From: Elusimicrobiota bacterium
GTDB taxonomy: Bacteria; Elusimicrobiota; Elusimicrobia; UBA1565
NCBI GenBank assembly: GCA_043819795.1
Contig: JBDREN010000166.1
Location: 1-24,027, forward strand
Direction: 5' to 3'
DNA length: 24,027 bases
Part shown: piece after piece, positions 8,964-17,609 of the stretch
Position numbering within the stretch: position 1 is the stretch's first letter
How the letters are laid out: each line of letters begins with the position of its first letter
Notes under the pieces: generated by a model
Told to the model about the DNA's origin: nothing
Databases searched by the model: none
Seen by the model: only the letters and a program-made list of their open reading frames with translations
Program-made: the position numbers and the translations under genes

Positions 8964-10679
8964 CTAGCTGACGTAGTCGCGGAGGGGACGGGAGAGCGCG
9001 GGGTGGCGGAGCTTCCTGATGGCCTTCGACTCGATCTGGCGCACCCGCTCCCGGGTGACTTTGAAGATGCGTCCGACCTCCTCCAGGGTATGGGGGTGGG
9101 CCGTGCCGATGCCGAAGCGGAGCTTGACGATCCGCGCCTCGCGGTCCGCCAGGCTCGCGAGCACCTTCTCGATGGCGAGCCGGCAGAGGCTCTCCCCCGC
9201 CGAGCTCGACGGCGACGGGCCGGCCTTGTCCTCGATGAAGTCCTGGAGATGGGCGTCGCCGTCCTCGCCGATGGGGGTGGCCAGCGAGATCGGCTCCTGC
9301 ATGATCTTAAGGAGGGTCTTCACCCGGTCCATCGAGATGTGCATGGCCCGCGCGTACTCCGCGACCGTCGGCTCCCGGCCGTGCTTCTGCATGTAGCCGC
9401 GGGTGACCCGCCTCAGCTTCGAGCTCAGTTCGGCCATGTGGACCGGGATGCGGATCGTGCGCGAATGGTCCGCGATGGCCCGGTTGATGGACTGCCGGAT
9501 CCACCATGTCGCGTAGGTCGAGAACTTGAAGCCGCGCTTGTAGTCGTACTTCTCGATGGTTCGCATGAGCCCGAGCGCGCCCTCCTGGATGAGGTCCGCG
9601 AGCTCGAGATGCGTGTTGACGCGTTTCTTGGCGATCGAGACCACGAGCCGCAGGTTGGCCTTCACCAGCCGGAGCGTGTCCTTGAGTATCTCCTCCTCAA
9701 GGGTGACGATCCTGCGATCGAGCTCCAGGAACAGATCGATGGACATGGGGATCGTGAGCGTCAGCCGGTCGAGGTGGGCGTTTACGCGCCGCATGTTCTC
9801 GAGCGCCGCGTCCACGGAGGAAGGGGCGCAGCCCGTCCTGGCGCGGAACTCCCGGGGGCTCATCTTGCCCTTGGCCACCTTCTGGGAGTAGTCCCTGAGC
9901 CGGCTGTAGCCGACCCGGCAGCGCGACTCGTAGCCCGCGAGCTCCAGCCGGCAGGCGCGGACCTTGCCGGCGATGTTCTTGATCTTGTTGGTCAGGCGCC
10001 GGATCTTCTCCTCGTTGAGCTGGAGGTTCAGTATCCCGCCGGCGACCTTATTGTTCTGCGCCTCGATCGTCCTCCGGATCGCCTGCCGCTGCTTGGCGGC
10101 CAGCTTCCCGTTCTTGAGCTTGTCGCTCAGGCCCGCGACGCGCTTCTCCGAGTTATCGATGAGGCGGGAGACCGCCGTCATCTTCCGGCGCATGGTCGCG
10201 ATCTCCCGGGGGCTCTTGCGTCCGCGCCGCATCAGCTCCTCGAGCGTCATTTCCCGCAGCGAGATCAGCGTTTGCCAGCCGCGGATCTCGCGCCGGGCGA
10301 TGGGGGATTCGAGCACCAGGAGCCGGAGCTCCTTGCGGCGTTCGCAGACGTTCCTCGTGAGCCGGATCTCCTCCTCGCGGCTGAGCAAGGGGACCTTGCC
10401 CATCTCGGAGAGGTACATGCGCAGCGAGTTGGAGGCGTCCGGGGTGGACTCCCACTCTTCCGCGTAGGCCTCCTTGTCCGCGGCGGCCGCGATCTTGCGC
10501 CTTCTCTGGTCGACGATGCGGATGTCCAGGTCCTCGAGCGCGGACATCAGGGAGTCGACCTCGTCGGAGGACATGTGGGCGCCGGCAAGCGAACGATTGA
10601 CCTCCTCGAGCGTCAGGTAGCCGTGCTCCTTCCCGAGCTCTATGAGGTCGCCTAAGGCCTGCTTGGAGACGCCGCTCAC
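8964..10679 (-). CDS. rpoD: Group 1 (RpoD-type) RNA polymerase sigma-70 factor
   Basis: Region 1.1 ([13 protein letters not shown]), 1.2 ([19 protein letters not shown]), long non-conserved region, region 2 ([11 protein letters not shown]...DLIQEG...[15 protein letters not shown]), region 3 (RTIRIPVHM) and region 4 ([23 protein letters not shown]). GTG start. Confidence 0.93.
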   Translation of the reverse strand: MSGVSKQALGDLIELGKEHGYLTLEEVNRSLAGAHMSSDEVDSLMSALEDLDIRIVDQRRRKIAAAADKEAYAEEWESTPDASNSLRMYLSEMGKVPLLSREEEIRLTRNVCERRKELRLLVLESPIARREIRGWQTLISLREMTLEELMRRGRKSPREIATMRRKMTAVSRLIDNSEKRVAGLSDKLKNGKLAAKQRQAIRRTIEAQNNKVAGGILNLQLNEEKIRRLTNKIKNIAGKVRACRLELAGYESRCRVGYSRLRDYSQKVAKGKMSPREFRARTGCAPSSVDAALENMRRVNAHLDRLTLTIPMSIDLFLELDRRIVTLEEEILKDTLRLVKANLRLVVSIAKKRVNTHLELADLIQEGALGLMRTIEKYDYKRGFKFSTYATWWIRQSINRAIADHSRTIRIPVHMAELSSKLRRVTRGYMQKHGREPTVAEYARAMHISMDRVKTLLKIMQEPISLATPIGEDGDAHLQDFIEDKAGPSPSSSAGESLCRLAIEKVLASLADREARIVKLRFGIGTAHPHTLEEVGRIFKVTRERVRQIESKAIRKLRHPALSRPLRDYVS

Positions 10680-10693
10680 TTGGATGATCCCTC

Positions 10694-10939
10694 TTACCGG
10701 CCTGGGCCGGCCGACGGCCGGGGAGGGCCGCTGGTGCGCCCCACGCCCCTCGCGCGGGACCTGCCGCGGCGGCGCTTGCGGGCGGCCTCGATGCGCTTGA
10801 GCTTCTTCTTGGCGCTGGGAGGGATGTAATGCTCGCGCCGCCGCATCTCCTTGGGCAGCCCCTCTCGCTGGACCTCCCGCTTGAAGCGCCGGAGCGCCTC
10901 CTCGATGCCCTCCCCTTCTCTGATCTTCACGAATACCAT
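10694..10939 (-). CDS. rpsU: 30S ribosomal protein bS21
   Basis: [21 protein letters not shown]...[23 protein letters not shown] upstream. Confidence 0.95.
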   Translation of the reverse strand: MVFVKIREGEGIEEALRRFKREVQREGLPKEMRRREHYIPPSAKKKLKRIEAARKRRRGRSRARGVGRTSGPPRPSAGPGR

Positions 10940-11298
10940 ACGCTTGTCCTCGTATTCGAGGGAAAACGGCCGGAGCCCGTTTTGCCCCTTGGGATGTGAA
11001 CGCCGGTTCTATCCGGCGTACGAAACACGGCTTGACCTCTGTGCGCGGCGATGTGGCCCCGGACCGGACGAGGCCGGTACGAACGTGCGGGAAGACCGTC
11101 GAACCGCGGCCCGGCGGCGATGCAGGTCCGCCGTCGCGCGCGCGTGTGGGATGCAGGTGGCGAGAGTCTGTGTGATCTAACTGAGGCGACTCAGGGCACT
11201 GTCAGCCACGCGGATCATTCTCGGCCTCAATCCCCGCGATGCCGCGGGAGCCGTCCGGAACAGCCGTGTCGTCCCGGCGCTCCCTGGGATTGAGCACG
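10940..11298 (-). ncRNA. Candidate long structured 5' leader / ncRNA upstream of rpsU
   Basis: Lies between a good promoter (11305-11333) and the rpsU start. It contains a series of stems and no convincing long ORF. I do not recognise the family. Confidence 0.45.
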
Positions 11299-11304
11299 GC
11301 CTGT

Positions 11305-11333
11305 ATTGTATCAGTTTGGGAGGCTTGTGTCAG
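11305..11333 (-). promoter_or_regulatory. Sigma-70 promoter for rpsU-rpoD
   Basis: Minus strand CTGACA-N17-TACAAT with an extended -10 TG motif and an upstream T-tract. Confidence 0.7.
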
Positions 11334-11443
11334 TAAAAAAACACAGGAATCCCGCAGCTTTTTAAACGGCTTTTCGAGGGGATCGCCTCCGGACCCCGCG
11401 TCGCGGGCTTCCCCGCCCGGGCGGACGCGGCCTCGCGCGACGC

Positions 11444-11469
11444 TTGCCCCGAAATATTTATGCTATAAT
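11444..11469 (+). promoter_or_regulatory. Sigma-70 promoter for the cold-shock gene
   Basis: Perfect extended -10 TGcTATAAT (11461-11469), with TTGCCC at 11444-11449. Implies a ~130-nt 5' UTR. Confidence 0.7.
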
Positions 11470-11605
11470 ATAAATAGTAAGTCTGAGATTCGCGATTCGT
11501 GAGCTATCGAAGTCTAGCCTTCCTTGAAGAAGATCTACCTTCCGCGGGCGCATCGGTCGCGACTCAAAACCAAGACTTGCGCGTAGTACCGGAGTATTAG
11601 AGGAA

Positions 11606-11806
11606 ATGAAAGGCACAGTAAAGTGGTTCAACGATCAGAAGGGGTTCGGTTTCATCACCCCCGAAGACGGCTCCAAGGACCTGTTCGTGCATCACAGCAG
11701 CATCGTGATGGACGGCTTCAAGACCCTCCCCGAGAACCAGGCCGTTGAGTTCGACGTGGAGGACTCCCCGAAGGGTCCGAGGGCGGCGAACGTCAGGGTT
11801 TGCTAA
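11606..11806 (+). CDS. cspA: Cold-shock protein (CspA family)
   Basis: [19 protein letters not shown] (RNP1) and DLFVHHS (RNP2), 66 aa, SD AGAGGA. The exact paralog name is uncertain. Confidence 0.97.
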   Translation: MKGTVKWFNDQKGFGFITPEDGSKDLFVHHSSIVMDGFKTLPENQAVEFDVEDSPKGPRAANVRVC

Positions 11807-11836
11807 TTAGCCCGCGGCAGATCGCAGTCGATCATA

Positions 11837-11869
11837 ATCAGGCCCGCGCCCTTGCGGCGCGGGCCTGAT
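11837..11869 (+). terminator. Hairpin/terminator after csp
   Basis: Perfect 14-bp stem ATCAGGCCCGCGCC-cttgc-GGCGCGGGCCTGAT with a weak U-tract. Confidence 0.7.
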
Positions 11870-11913
11870 CCGTTTCCGGTGGTACTCGAAGGGGGGCCTG
11901 CCCCCCGGGTTTG

Positions 11914-11947
11914 ATAAGCGAACACCTGGCGCCGGGTGTTCGCTTAT
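11914..11947. terminator. Second hairpin between convergent genes
   Basis: ATAAGCGAACACC...GGTGTTCGCTTAT 13-bp perfect stem, 21 bp from the stop of the convergent gene. Confidence 0.6.
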
Positions 11948-11968
11948 TTGACTGACGGTTGAGGCCGC

Positions 11969-14671
11969 CTACAGGCCGGCCTCGATGGATGCTTTGATGT
12001 CCTCGAGCGCGTCCAGCAGGGCGTCGGCCTCCTCCTCGCTCAGCTTCTTGCCTTTCTGGGCGTTGACCGCGTTCTCGAACGCCTCGAGCTGGTTGATCGC
12101 GGACTTCGCGTTGTCCTTCTCCACGGACTTCGCGGCGCTCTCCAGCTTGGAGGTCAGCTCGTTCTTGGTGCCCGCGGGGAGGTCGATCGCCTCGATCGCC
12201 TCGACGCTGTCCGCCAGGGCCTCCTCCGGGGCCTGCACCGTGACCGTCAACGCGTCCTGCCCCGTTCCCCCCTCATCGTCGGTCACCGTGAGGGTGACCG
12301 TATAGACGCCCGCCTCCTGGTAGGTGTGGCTCGGGCTCGCGCCCGCGTCCGCGGGCGAGCCGTCGCCGAAGTCCCACGTGTAGGCCTCTATGATGCCGTC
12401 TATGTCCGAGGAGCCGCTCCCGTCGAAGCCGAGCGGGATATGCACCAGGACCTCGGCGTCCGGCCCCGCTTCCGCCACCGGGTCATCGTTGACTGATGTC
12501 ACGGTGATTGCCACCGTGGCGGCGTTCGAGTCCGCCGTCCCGTCGTTGGCCGTGAACGTGAACGAGTCGGGCCCGTTATAGTCCGGGTCCGGCGTGTAGG
12601 TCACGCTCGGCGGCGTACCGCTGAGGCCGCCATGCGACGGCCCGGATCCGATCGCGTACGTCAGCGGGTCGCCGTCGATATCCGACGCGGTCAGCGTGAT
12701 GGCCACCGCCGTGTCCTCGGGCGTGGTCACCGCCTGGTCGTCCGCCGTCGGCGCGTCGTTGACCGGCGTCACGGTGATGGCCACCGTGGCGGCGTTCGAG
12801 TCCGCCGTCCCGTCGTTGGCCGTGAACGTGAACGAGTCGGGCCCGTTATAGTCCGGGTCCGGCGTGTAGACCACGTTGGGCGGCGCGCCGCTCAAGCTCC
12901 CGTGCGACGGCCCGGATCCGATCGCGTACGTCAGGGCGCTCGTCTCCACGTCCGAGGCCGTCAGCGTGACGGCCACCGGCGTGTCCTCGGGCGTGGTCAC
13001 CGCCTGGTCGTCGGCCACGGGCGGATCGTTGACCGCGCTCACCGTGATCGCCACGGTGGCGACGTTCGAATCCACGGTTCCGTCGTTGGCCTTATAGGTG
13101 AAGCCGTCCGCCCCGTTAAAGTCCGGCCCCGGCGTATAGCCGAACGATCCGTCCTGGTTCAGGGCAAGCGTTCCCCGCGACGCTCCCGAGACCAGGATCG
13201 CCTTGAGCGCGTTCCCGTCCGGGTCGGTGTCGTTTCCGAGCACGCCCGGCGCCGCGGCCTCAAGGGTCTGGTCCTCGTCCACCGCGTAGTTGTCGGCGTT
13301 GGCCACCGGAGGGCTGTTGGGCGGCACCTCGGCGTATTTCACGATCAGCATGTCCCCGTACTCCGAGGCGACCACGTAGATGCTGCCCTCGGCGTCGATG
13401 GCGATAGCCGTGGCCCGTCCGCCGCCGTAATTCATATAGGTGAGATAACGCGCTTCCCAGAGGCGCGTGCCGTTGGAGGGGTTGAGCTTGAGCGTGCCCA
13501 TGTCCCACCGGTCGCGGCCGGTGGGGCTCCTACCGCTGACCGCCACGTAGCCCGCGGAGCTCACGGCGATGACGTAGCCCCTGTCGTTTTCTCCCATCCC
13601 CGAATATATGGACACCCATGCCCTGCTGCCGTCGGGTCTCCACTTCACGGTCACGTAATCATCGGCCCCGGAGTATCTCCAGCTAAAGCCCGTTATGTAG
13701 ACATTGCCCTCGGTGTCTGTGGTCATGGCCTGGGCTTGGTCGGTGCCCACTCCCTTCGAATCATGGTAATACGTCATCCACAACCCATTGCCGTCGGGAT
13801 CGTATTTGACCACGACGTAGTCGTAGTGGCCCCACCCGTTGTTCCTGACCCCGCCGGTGCCGGCCGCGTAGACGTTCCCGTCGTTGTCGAGGCCTATCCC
13901 GACCGGCCAATCGCTGATGTTCTGGGGGCCGTTCCAGCGCCGGTCCCATTGATGGTTCCCGTCCGCGTCGTATTTGACGGTGAGGAAATCGTCGCCGGTC
14001 CCGTTGCTTCTTCCGGTGACGTAGACGTTCCCCGATTCATCGGCCACGACCCCCACGCCGTGGTCGTTGCCGCTGCCGCCGTCATAAACGGCGGTCCATT
14101 GCTCCGCGCCGTCCGCGGCGTACTTGACGGTGAAGTAGTTCCAAGAGGTCCCGTCGTGGGTGCTCCCCGTCACGTAGATGTTGCCGGCGGCGTCGCGGTA
14201 CATGTCTGCGGCTGTGTCGTCTCCGCCGGAGGGCCCATCGGTCCGCGCCTCCCAGACCTGATTGCCGTCCGGGTCGTACTTGATGGTGAGGTAGTCGTTG
14301 CCGCTGCCGGAGCCCGCGCTGTACCCGGCCACGTAGATGTTGTTGTCGCCGTCTATGGCGAGCTTGACGGCGTAGTCGCTGCCGTTGCCGCCGTGGTAGC
14401 GAGCCTCCCAGAGCTTGTTGCCGTCCGTGTCGTACTTGATCGTGATGTAGTCCGATCCGGAGCCGGGCGTGTAGCCGGTGAGGACCATGTCCCCGTTTCC
14501 GTCCACCTCCACGTCCGTGGGCCGATCTTCCCCTCCGGTGCTGTGGTAGCGTACCCACTCCTTGAGGAAGTTGCCCTTATGCCAATCGGCTTGCGCCAGC
14601 GGCGCGAACACCATCGCTGACGCCAGCAAAAGCGGCGTGATAAGACCCGCGACATAGCTTCTTGTACCCAT
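11969..14671 (-). CDS. Secreted surface protein: SBBP-type beta-propeller + 3 Ig-like (Big_9/tandem-95) repeats + PKD domain + C-terminal helical domain (900 aa)
   Basis: Signal peptide (..FAPLAQA); repeated GNVYVTG...D..TVKYD.DGN..W blades; repeated VNDAP.A.DQ.VTTPEDT...YTP.PDYNG.DSFT units; PKD motif YTWDFGDGS...SHTY...GVYTVTLTVTDD. SD AGGAGG before ATG 14671. Confidence 0.88.
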   Translation of the reverse strand: MGTRSYVAGLITPLLLASAMVFAPLAQADWHKGNFLKEWVRYHSTGGEDRPTDVEVDGNGDMVLTGYTPGSGSDYITIKYDTDGNKLWEARYHGGNGSDYAVKLAIDGDNNIYVAGYSAGSGSGNDYLTIKYDPDGNQVWEARTDGPSGGDDTAADMYRDAAGNIYVTGSTHDGTSWNYFTVKYAADGAEQWTAVYDGGSGNDHGVGVVADESGNVYVTGRSNGTGDDFLTVKYDADGNHQWDRRWNGPQNISDWPVGIGLDNDGNVYAAGTGGVRNNGWGHYDYVVVKYDPDGNGLWMTYYHDSKGVGTDQAQAMTTDTEGNVYITGFSWRYSGADDYVTVKWRPDGSRAWVSIYSGMGENDRGYVIAVSSAGYVAVSGRSPTGRDRWDMGTLKLNPSNGTRLWEARYLTYMNYGGGRATAIAIDAEGSIYVVASEYGDMLIVKYAEVPPNSPPVANADNYAVDEDQTLEAAAPGVLGNDTDPDGNALKAILVSGASRGTLALNQDGSFGYTPGPDFNGADGFTYKANDGTVDSNVATVAITVSAVNDPPVADDQAVTTPEDTPVAVTLTASDVETSALTYAIGSGPSHGSLSGAPPNVVYTPDPDYNGPDSFTFTANDGTADSNAATVAITVTPVNDAPTADDQAVTTPEDTAVAITLTASDIDGDPLTYAIGSGPSHGGLSGTPPSVTYTPDPDYNGPDSFTFTANDGTADSNAATVAITVTSVNDDPVAEAGPDAEVLVHIPLGFDGSGSSDIDGIIEAYTWDFGDGSPADAGASPSHTYQEAGVYTVTLTVTDDEGGTGQDALTVTVQAPEEALADSVEAIEAIDLPAGTKNELTSKLESAAKSVEKDNAKSAINQLEAFENAVNAQKGKKLSEEEADALLDALEDIKASIEAGL
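12498..13035 (-). repeat. 270-bp intragenic tandem duplication (Ig-like repeats)
   Basis: 12510-12599 is identical to 12780-12869, and further identical blocks occur at the same 270-bp offset. Confidence 0.9.
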
Positions 14672-14723
14672 GATCCCCTCCTGGACTAGCGGCAAGCCCG
14701 GCTCTCGGGAGGATAACAGGAAT

Positions 14724-14826
14724 AAAAAAAATCCCGCAAGCCCGGACCCGCCGGGTGACGGATCCGCGCTGGAGACACCATAATAAGGTAGGCGCCCGAG
14801 CCCGCGAGCATGCGCGCTCCGGCTCG
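14724..14826 (-). promoter_or_regulatory. Candidate attenuator-like structured leader ending in a U8 tract
   Basis: Several hairpins followed by T8 on the minus strand, ~52 nt upstream of the start codon at 14671. Confidence 0.4.
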
Positions 14827-14912
14827 TGAGCTTGAATGGAGCCCGATCGTTGACAGAAAATAAAAGCGCGTTCCGGAAAGGATATTTCCAGCACGAATGT
14901 CAGCGGCTGTCC

Positions 14913-14942
14913 TTGACTTGTCAGCGCGCGGGAGTTATATAT
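14913..14942 (+). promoter_or_regulatory. Sigma-70 promoter for the beta-helix operon
   Basis: TTGACT-N17-TATATA, ~24 nt before ATG 14966. Confidence 0.65.
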
Positions 14943-14965
14943 TAAAGGAAGCGACAAGGGGGGCC

Positions 14966-16036
14966 ATGAAAAGATTTCCTATCGGTGAAACAGTGATGGC
15001 GTCCGTTCTGGGCATGACTTTGCTTTCGGGCGCGGCAGCGAGTGCCTCCGCCGCCACGCTCGATGTCCCGGCCGACTACGCGACGATCCAGGCCGCGGTG
15101 GACGCCGCGCAGGCCGGCGACACGGTCCTGGTCGCGCCCGGGACCTATCCCGAGAGCGTCGCCTTGAAAGCGGGGGTCAACCTCCAGGGCTCGGGCGCGG
15201 AGGTGACGACGATCGAGGGGGACGGGACCCTGGTCGACGGTCTATATGGTTTTACCTGCACGGTATTGGGGGCGGACGACAGCGCCATCAGCGGCTTCAC
15301 CATCACCGGCAGCGAGGAGGGCATCACCAACATCTACGCATCCCCGATCATAACCAAGAACATCCTCACCGGCAACAAGTTATCGGGCATCTCCAACAGG
15401 CACGACTCTGCCCCGATCATAACCGACAACGTGGTCACCCGCAACGGAATCATCGGGGTCAACAACTACACGCGCTCCCGCGCGATCATTACCAACAACA
15501 CCATCGCGGACAACCGGGAATATGGCATCTTCAGCTGGGCCTCCTACCCGACGATCGTCAACAATGTGATCACAGGTAACCGCAATTACGGCGTCAGGAT
15601 CTGGAGCTCCGCCCCCCCGGCTGTGGCCTATAACAACGCGTGGGGCAACGGGATCGATATAGACGATTCCTATTCCTCTCCGGCGGTGCATGACAATATA
15701 TCCGCCGATCCGCTGTACGTGACCCCCAATAGGGGCGATTATCGCCTGCGCCCGGACTCCCCCTGCGTCGACGCCGGGACCAACGACGCCCCCGGCTTGT
15801 CGGATTCCGATCTCGACGGCAACCCGAGGGTGTTCGACGGCGACGGGGACGTGATCGCGGTGGTCGATATGGGAGCCTTCGAATACACCGGGCCTCCGGC
15901 GCCTCCCCCCGCGGAAGAGCTGCCCCCCGGCGCGGAAGAGCCCGCTCCGGGCTTCCGCCAGGGCGAGAAGCAGGGCTGGGAGGGCGGCGCCCCACGCGGC
16001 TTCGACCAGGGCAAGAAAGAAGGCTGGAAGGAATGA
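14966..16036 (+). CDS. Secreted right-handed parallel beta-helix repeat protein (paralog 1)
   Basis: Signal peptide; [27 protein letters not shown] cap; P.I.NN.I..N repeats; [14 protein letters not shown]...DLDGNPR...DMGAFE (choice-of-anchor Q-like); PG/GW tail. Confidence 0.88.
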   Translation: MKRFPIGETVMASVLGMTLLSGAAASASAATLDVPADYATIQAAVDAAQAGDTVLVAPGTYPESVALKAGVNLQGSGAEVTTIEGDGTLVDGLYGFTCTVLGADDSAISGFTITGSEEGITNIYASPIITKNILTGNKLSGISNRHDSAPIITDNVVTRNGIIGVNNYTRSRAIITNNTIADNREYGIFSWASYPTIVNNVITGNRNYGVRIWSSAPPAVAYNNAWGNGIDIDDSYSSPAVHDNISADPLYVTPNRGDYRLRPDSPCVDAGTNDAPGLSDSDLDGNPRVFDGDGDVIAVVDMGAFEYTGPPAPPPAEELPPGAEEPAPGFRQGEKQGWEGGAPRGFDQGKKEGWKE

Positions 16037-16064
16037 ACCCACGGCAATGGAGCGAGGGGGAACG

Positions 16065-17609
16065 ATGAAGAGATTTGGCTTCGGTGGAGCGGTCACGGCG
16101 TCCGTTCTGGGCATGACTTTGCTTACGGGCGCGGCAGCGAGTGCCTCCGCCGCCACGCATAATGTCCCGGCCGACTACGCGACGATCCAGGCCGCGGTGG
16201 ACGCCGCGCAGGCCGGCGACACGGTCCTGGTCGCGCCCGGGACCTATCCCGAGAGCGTCGCCTTGAAGGCGGGGGTCAGCCTCCAGGGCTCGGGCGCCGA
16301 TGTCACAACCGTCGAAGGCGACGGGAGCTGGTACGGGATGCCGGGCACGCAATACAGCGGCTGGACGTACACCATCCTGGGGGCGGAGGGCGGCGCCATC
16401 TCGGGCCTCACCATCACCGGCAGCAACGTGGGCATCCTCAACTGGCGGAAGTCCCCGGAGGCGATAACCGGCAACAACATCGCCGGCAACACGCTGCACG
16501 GCATCTTCAACTACGAGGCGGCCCCGACGATAGCCGACAATACGATCACCGACAACGGGTACAGCACCGGGTGGTCTTTCGAGGTCTCTTACCCCTCCTA
16601 CGGCCCGCTCGGCGCGAACCCTCCCAGGCCGCATGCCGGCGTCTATAACCGCGACTGCTCCCCGGCGATAACCGGCAACGACATCATCGGCAACGGGCAT
16701 AGCGGCGTCTTCAGCTACGACTATGGATCCTCCCCCGCGATAACCGGGAACCACATCGCGGATAACGACCATTCCGGGATCATCAGCCTCCACGCCACGC
16801 CGGTGGTAACCGCCAACACCGTCACCGGCAACGGGCATACCGGCATCTTCGATATCGCGGCTGGCTCCATGATAACCGGCAACGTCTCCGCGGCCAACGG
16901 GAACAACGGCATAAGCAGCAACTACTCCTCGTTCTCGACGATAGCCGACAACATCATCGCGGGCAATGGAGGCGCCGGCGTAAGGACCTATACCAACTCC
17001 TCCTACGTCTGCGAGGCGACGGTCACGGGCAATGTCATCACCGGCAATGGATCCGGCGGCGTCTACAACTACCGGACCTCTCCGGTGATAACGAACAACA
17101 CGCTGGTCGGCAACGGGTACTACGGCATCCTCAACTACCGGTACGCCTCCCCGGCGGTGACCAACAACGTGATCGCCGGCAACACTTACGGCGTCCGCAA
17201 CGACCAGGAGTCCTCACCTGAAATAACCTACAACGACCTGTGGGACAACGACACGGACTTCTCCAACTCCTACGATTCCTACCCGACGGCGGAGAACAAC
17301 ATCTTTGAGGATCCCATGTTCGCGGACCCGGCCGAAGGGGACTACCGGCTGCAGCCGGAATCTCCCTGCATTGACGCCGGGACCAACGACGCCCCCGGCT
17401 TACCCGAGGCCGACGCGGACGGCGAGCCGCGCGTGATCGACGGCGACCGGGACGGGACCGCGACCGTGGATATCGGCGCCTTCGAGTTCTCGAGCTCGCC
17501 CCCGGGGATGGAGGAGGCGCCGGCCGGCTTCAGCCAGGGCGAGAAGCAAGGCTGGGACGGGGACACGCCCCCCGGATTCGACAAGGGCAAGAAGCGCGGC
17601 TGGCGATGA
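16065..17609 (+). CDS. Secreted right-handed parallel beta-helix repeat protein (paralog 2)
   Basis: Same architecture as paralog 1 with more coils. SD GAGGGGG precedes ATG 16065. Confidence 0.88.
   Translation: MKRFGFGGAVTASVLGMTLLTGAAASASAATHNVPADYATIQAAVDAAQAGDTVLVAPGTYPESVALKAGVSLQGSGADVTTVEGDGSWYGMPGTQYSGWTYTILGAEGGAISGLTITGSNVGILNWRKSPEAITGNNIAGNTLHGIFNYEAAPTIADNTITDNGYSTGWSFEVSYPSYGPLGANPPRPHAGVYNRDCSPAITGNDIIGNGHSGVFSYDYGSSPAITGNHIADNDHSGIISLHATPVVTANTVTGNGHTGIFDIAAGSMITGNVSAANGNNGISSNYSSFSTIADNIIAGNGGAGVRTYTNSSYVCEATVTGNVITGNGSGGVYNYRTSPVITNNTLVGNGYYGILNYRYASPAVTNNVIAGNTYGVRNDQESSPEITYNDLWDNDTDFSNSYDSYPTAENNIFEDPMFADPAEGDYRLQPESPCIDAGTNDAPGLPEADADGEPRVIDGDRDGTATVDIGAFEFSSSPPGMEEAPAGFSQGEKQGWDGDTPPGFDKGKKRGWR

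Noticed and set aside
9003..10655. 550-aa ORF on the + strand
   Set aside because: Antisense shadow of rpoD. Such ORFs are common in high-GC DNA, and it has no recognisable motifs.
11085..11115. tRNA suggested by GGTTCGA on the minus strand
   Set aside because: No T-stem pairing or cloverleaf can be built around it.
10940..11298. 6S RNA, tmRNA, SRP RNA or RNase P RNA
   Set aside because: No single long rod with a central bubble, no tRNA-like ends, and no SRP or RNase P signature visible by eye. A covariance search is still advisable.
12632..14620. 662-aa ORF on the + strand
   Set aside because: Antisense shadow of the propeller/Ig gene, with R/V/G-biased composition.
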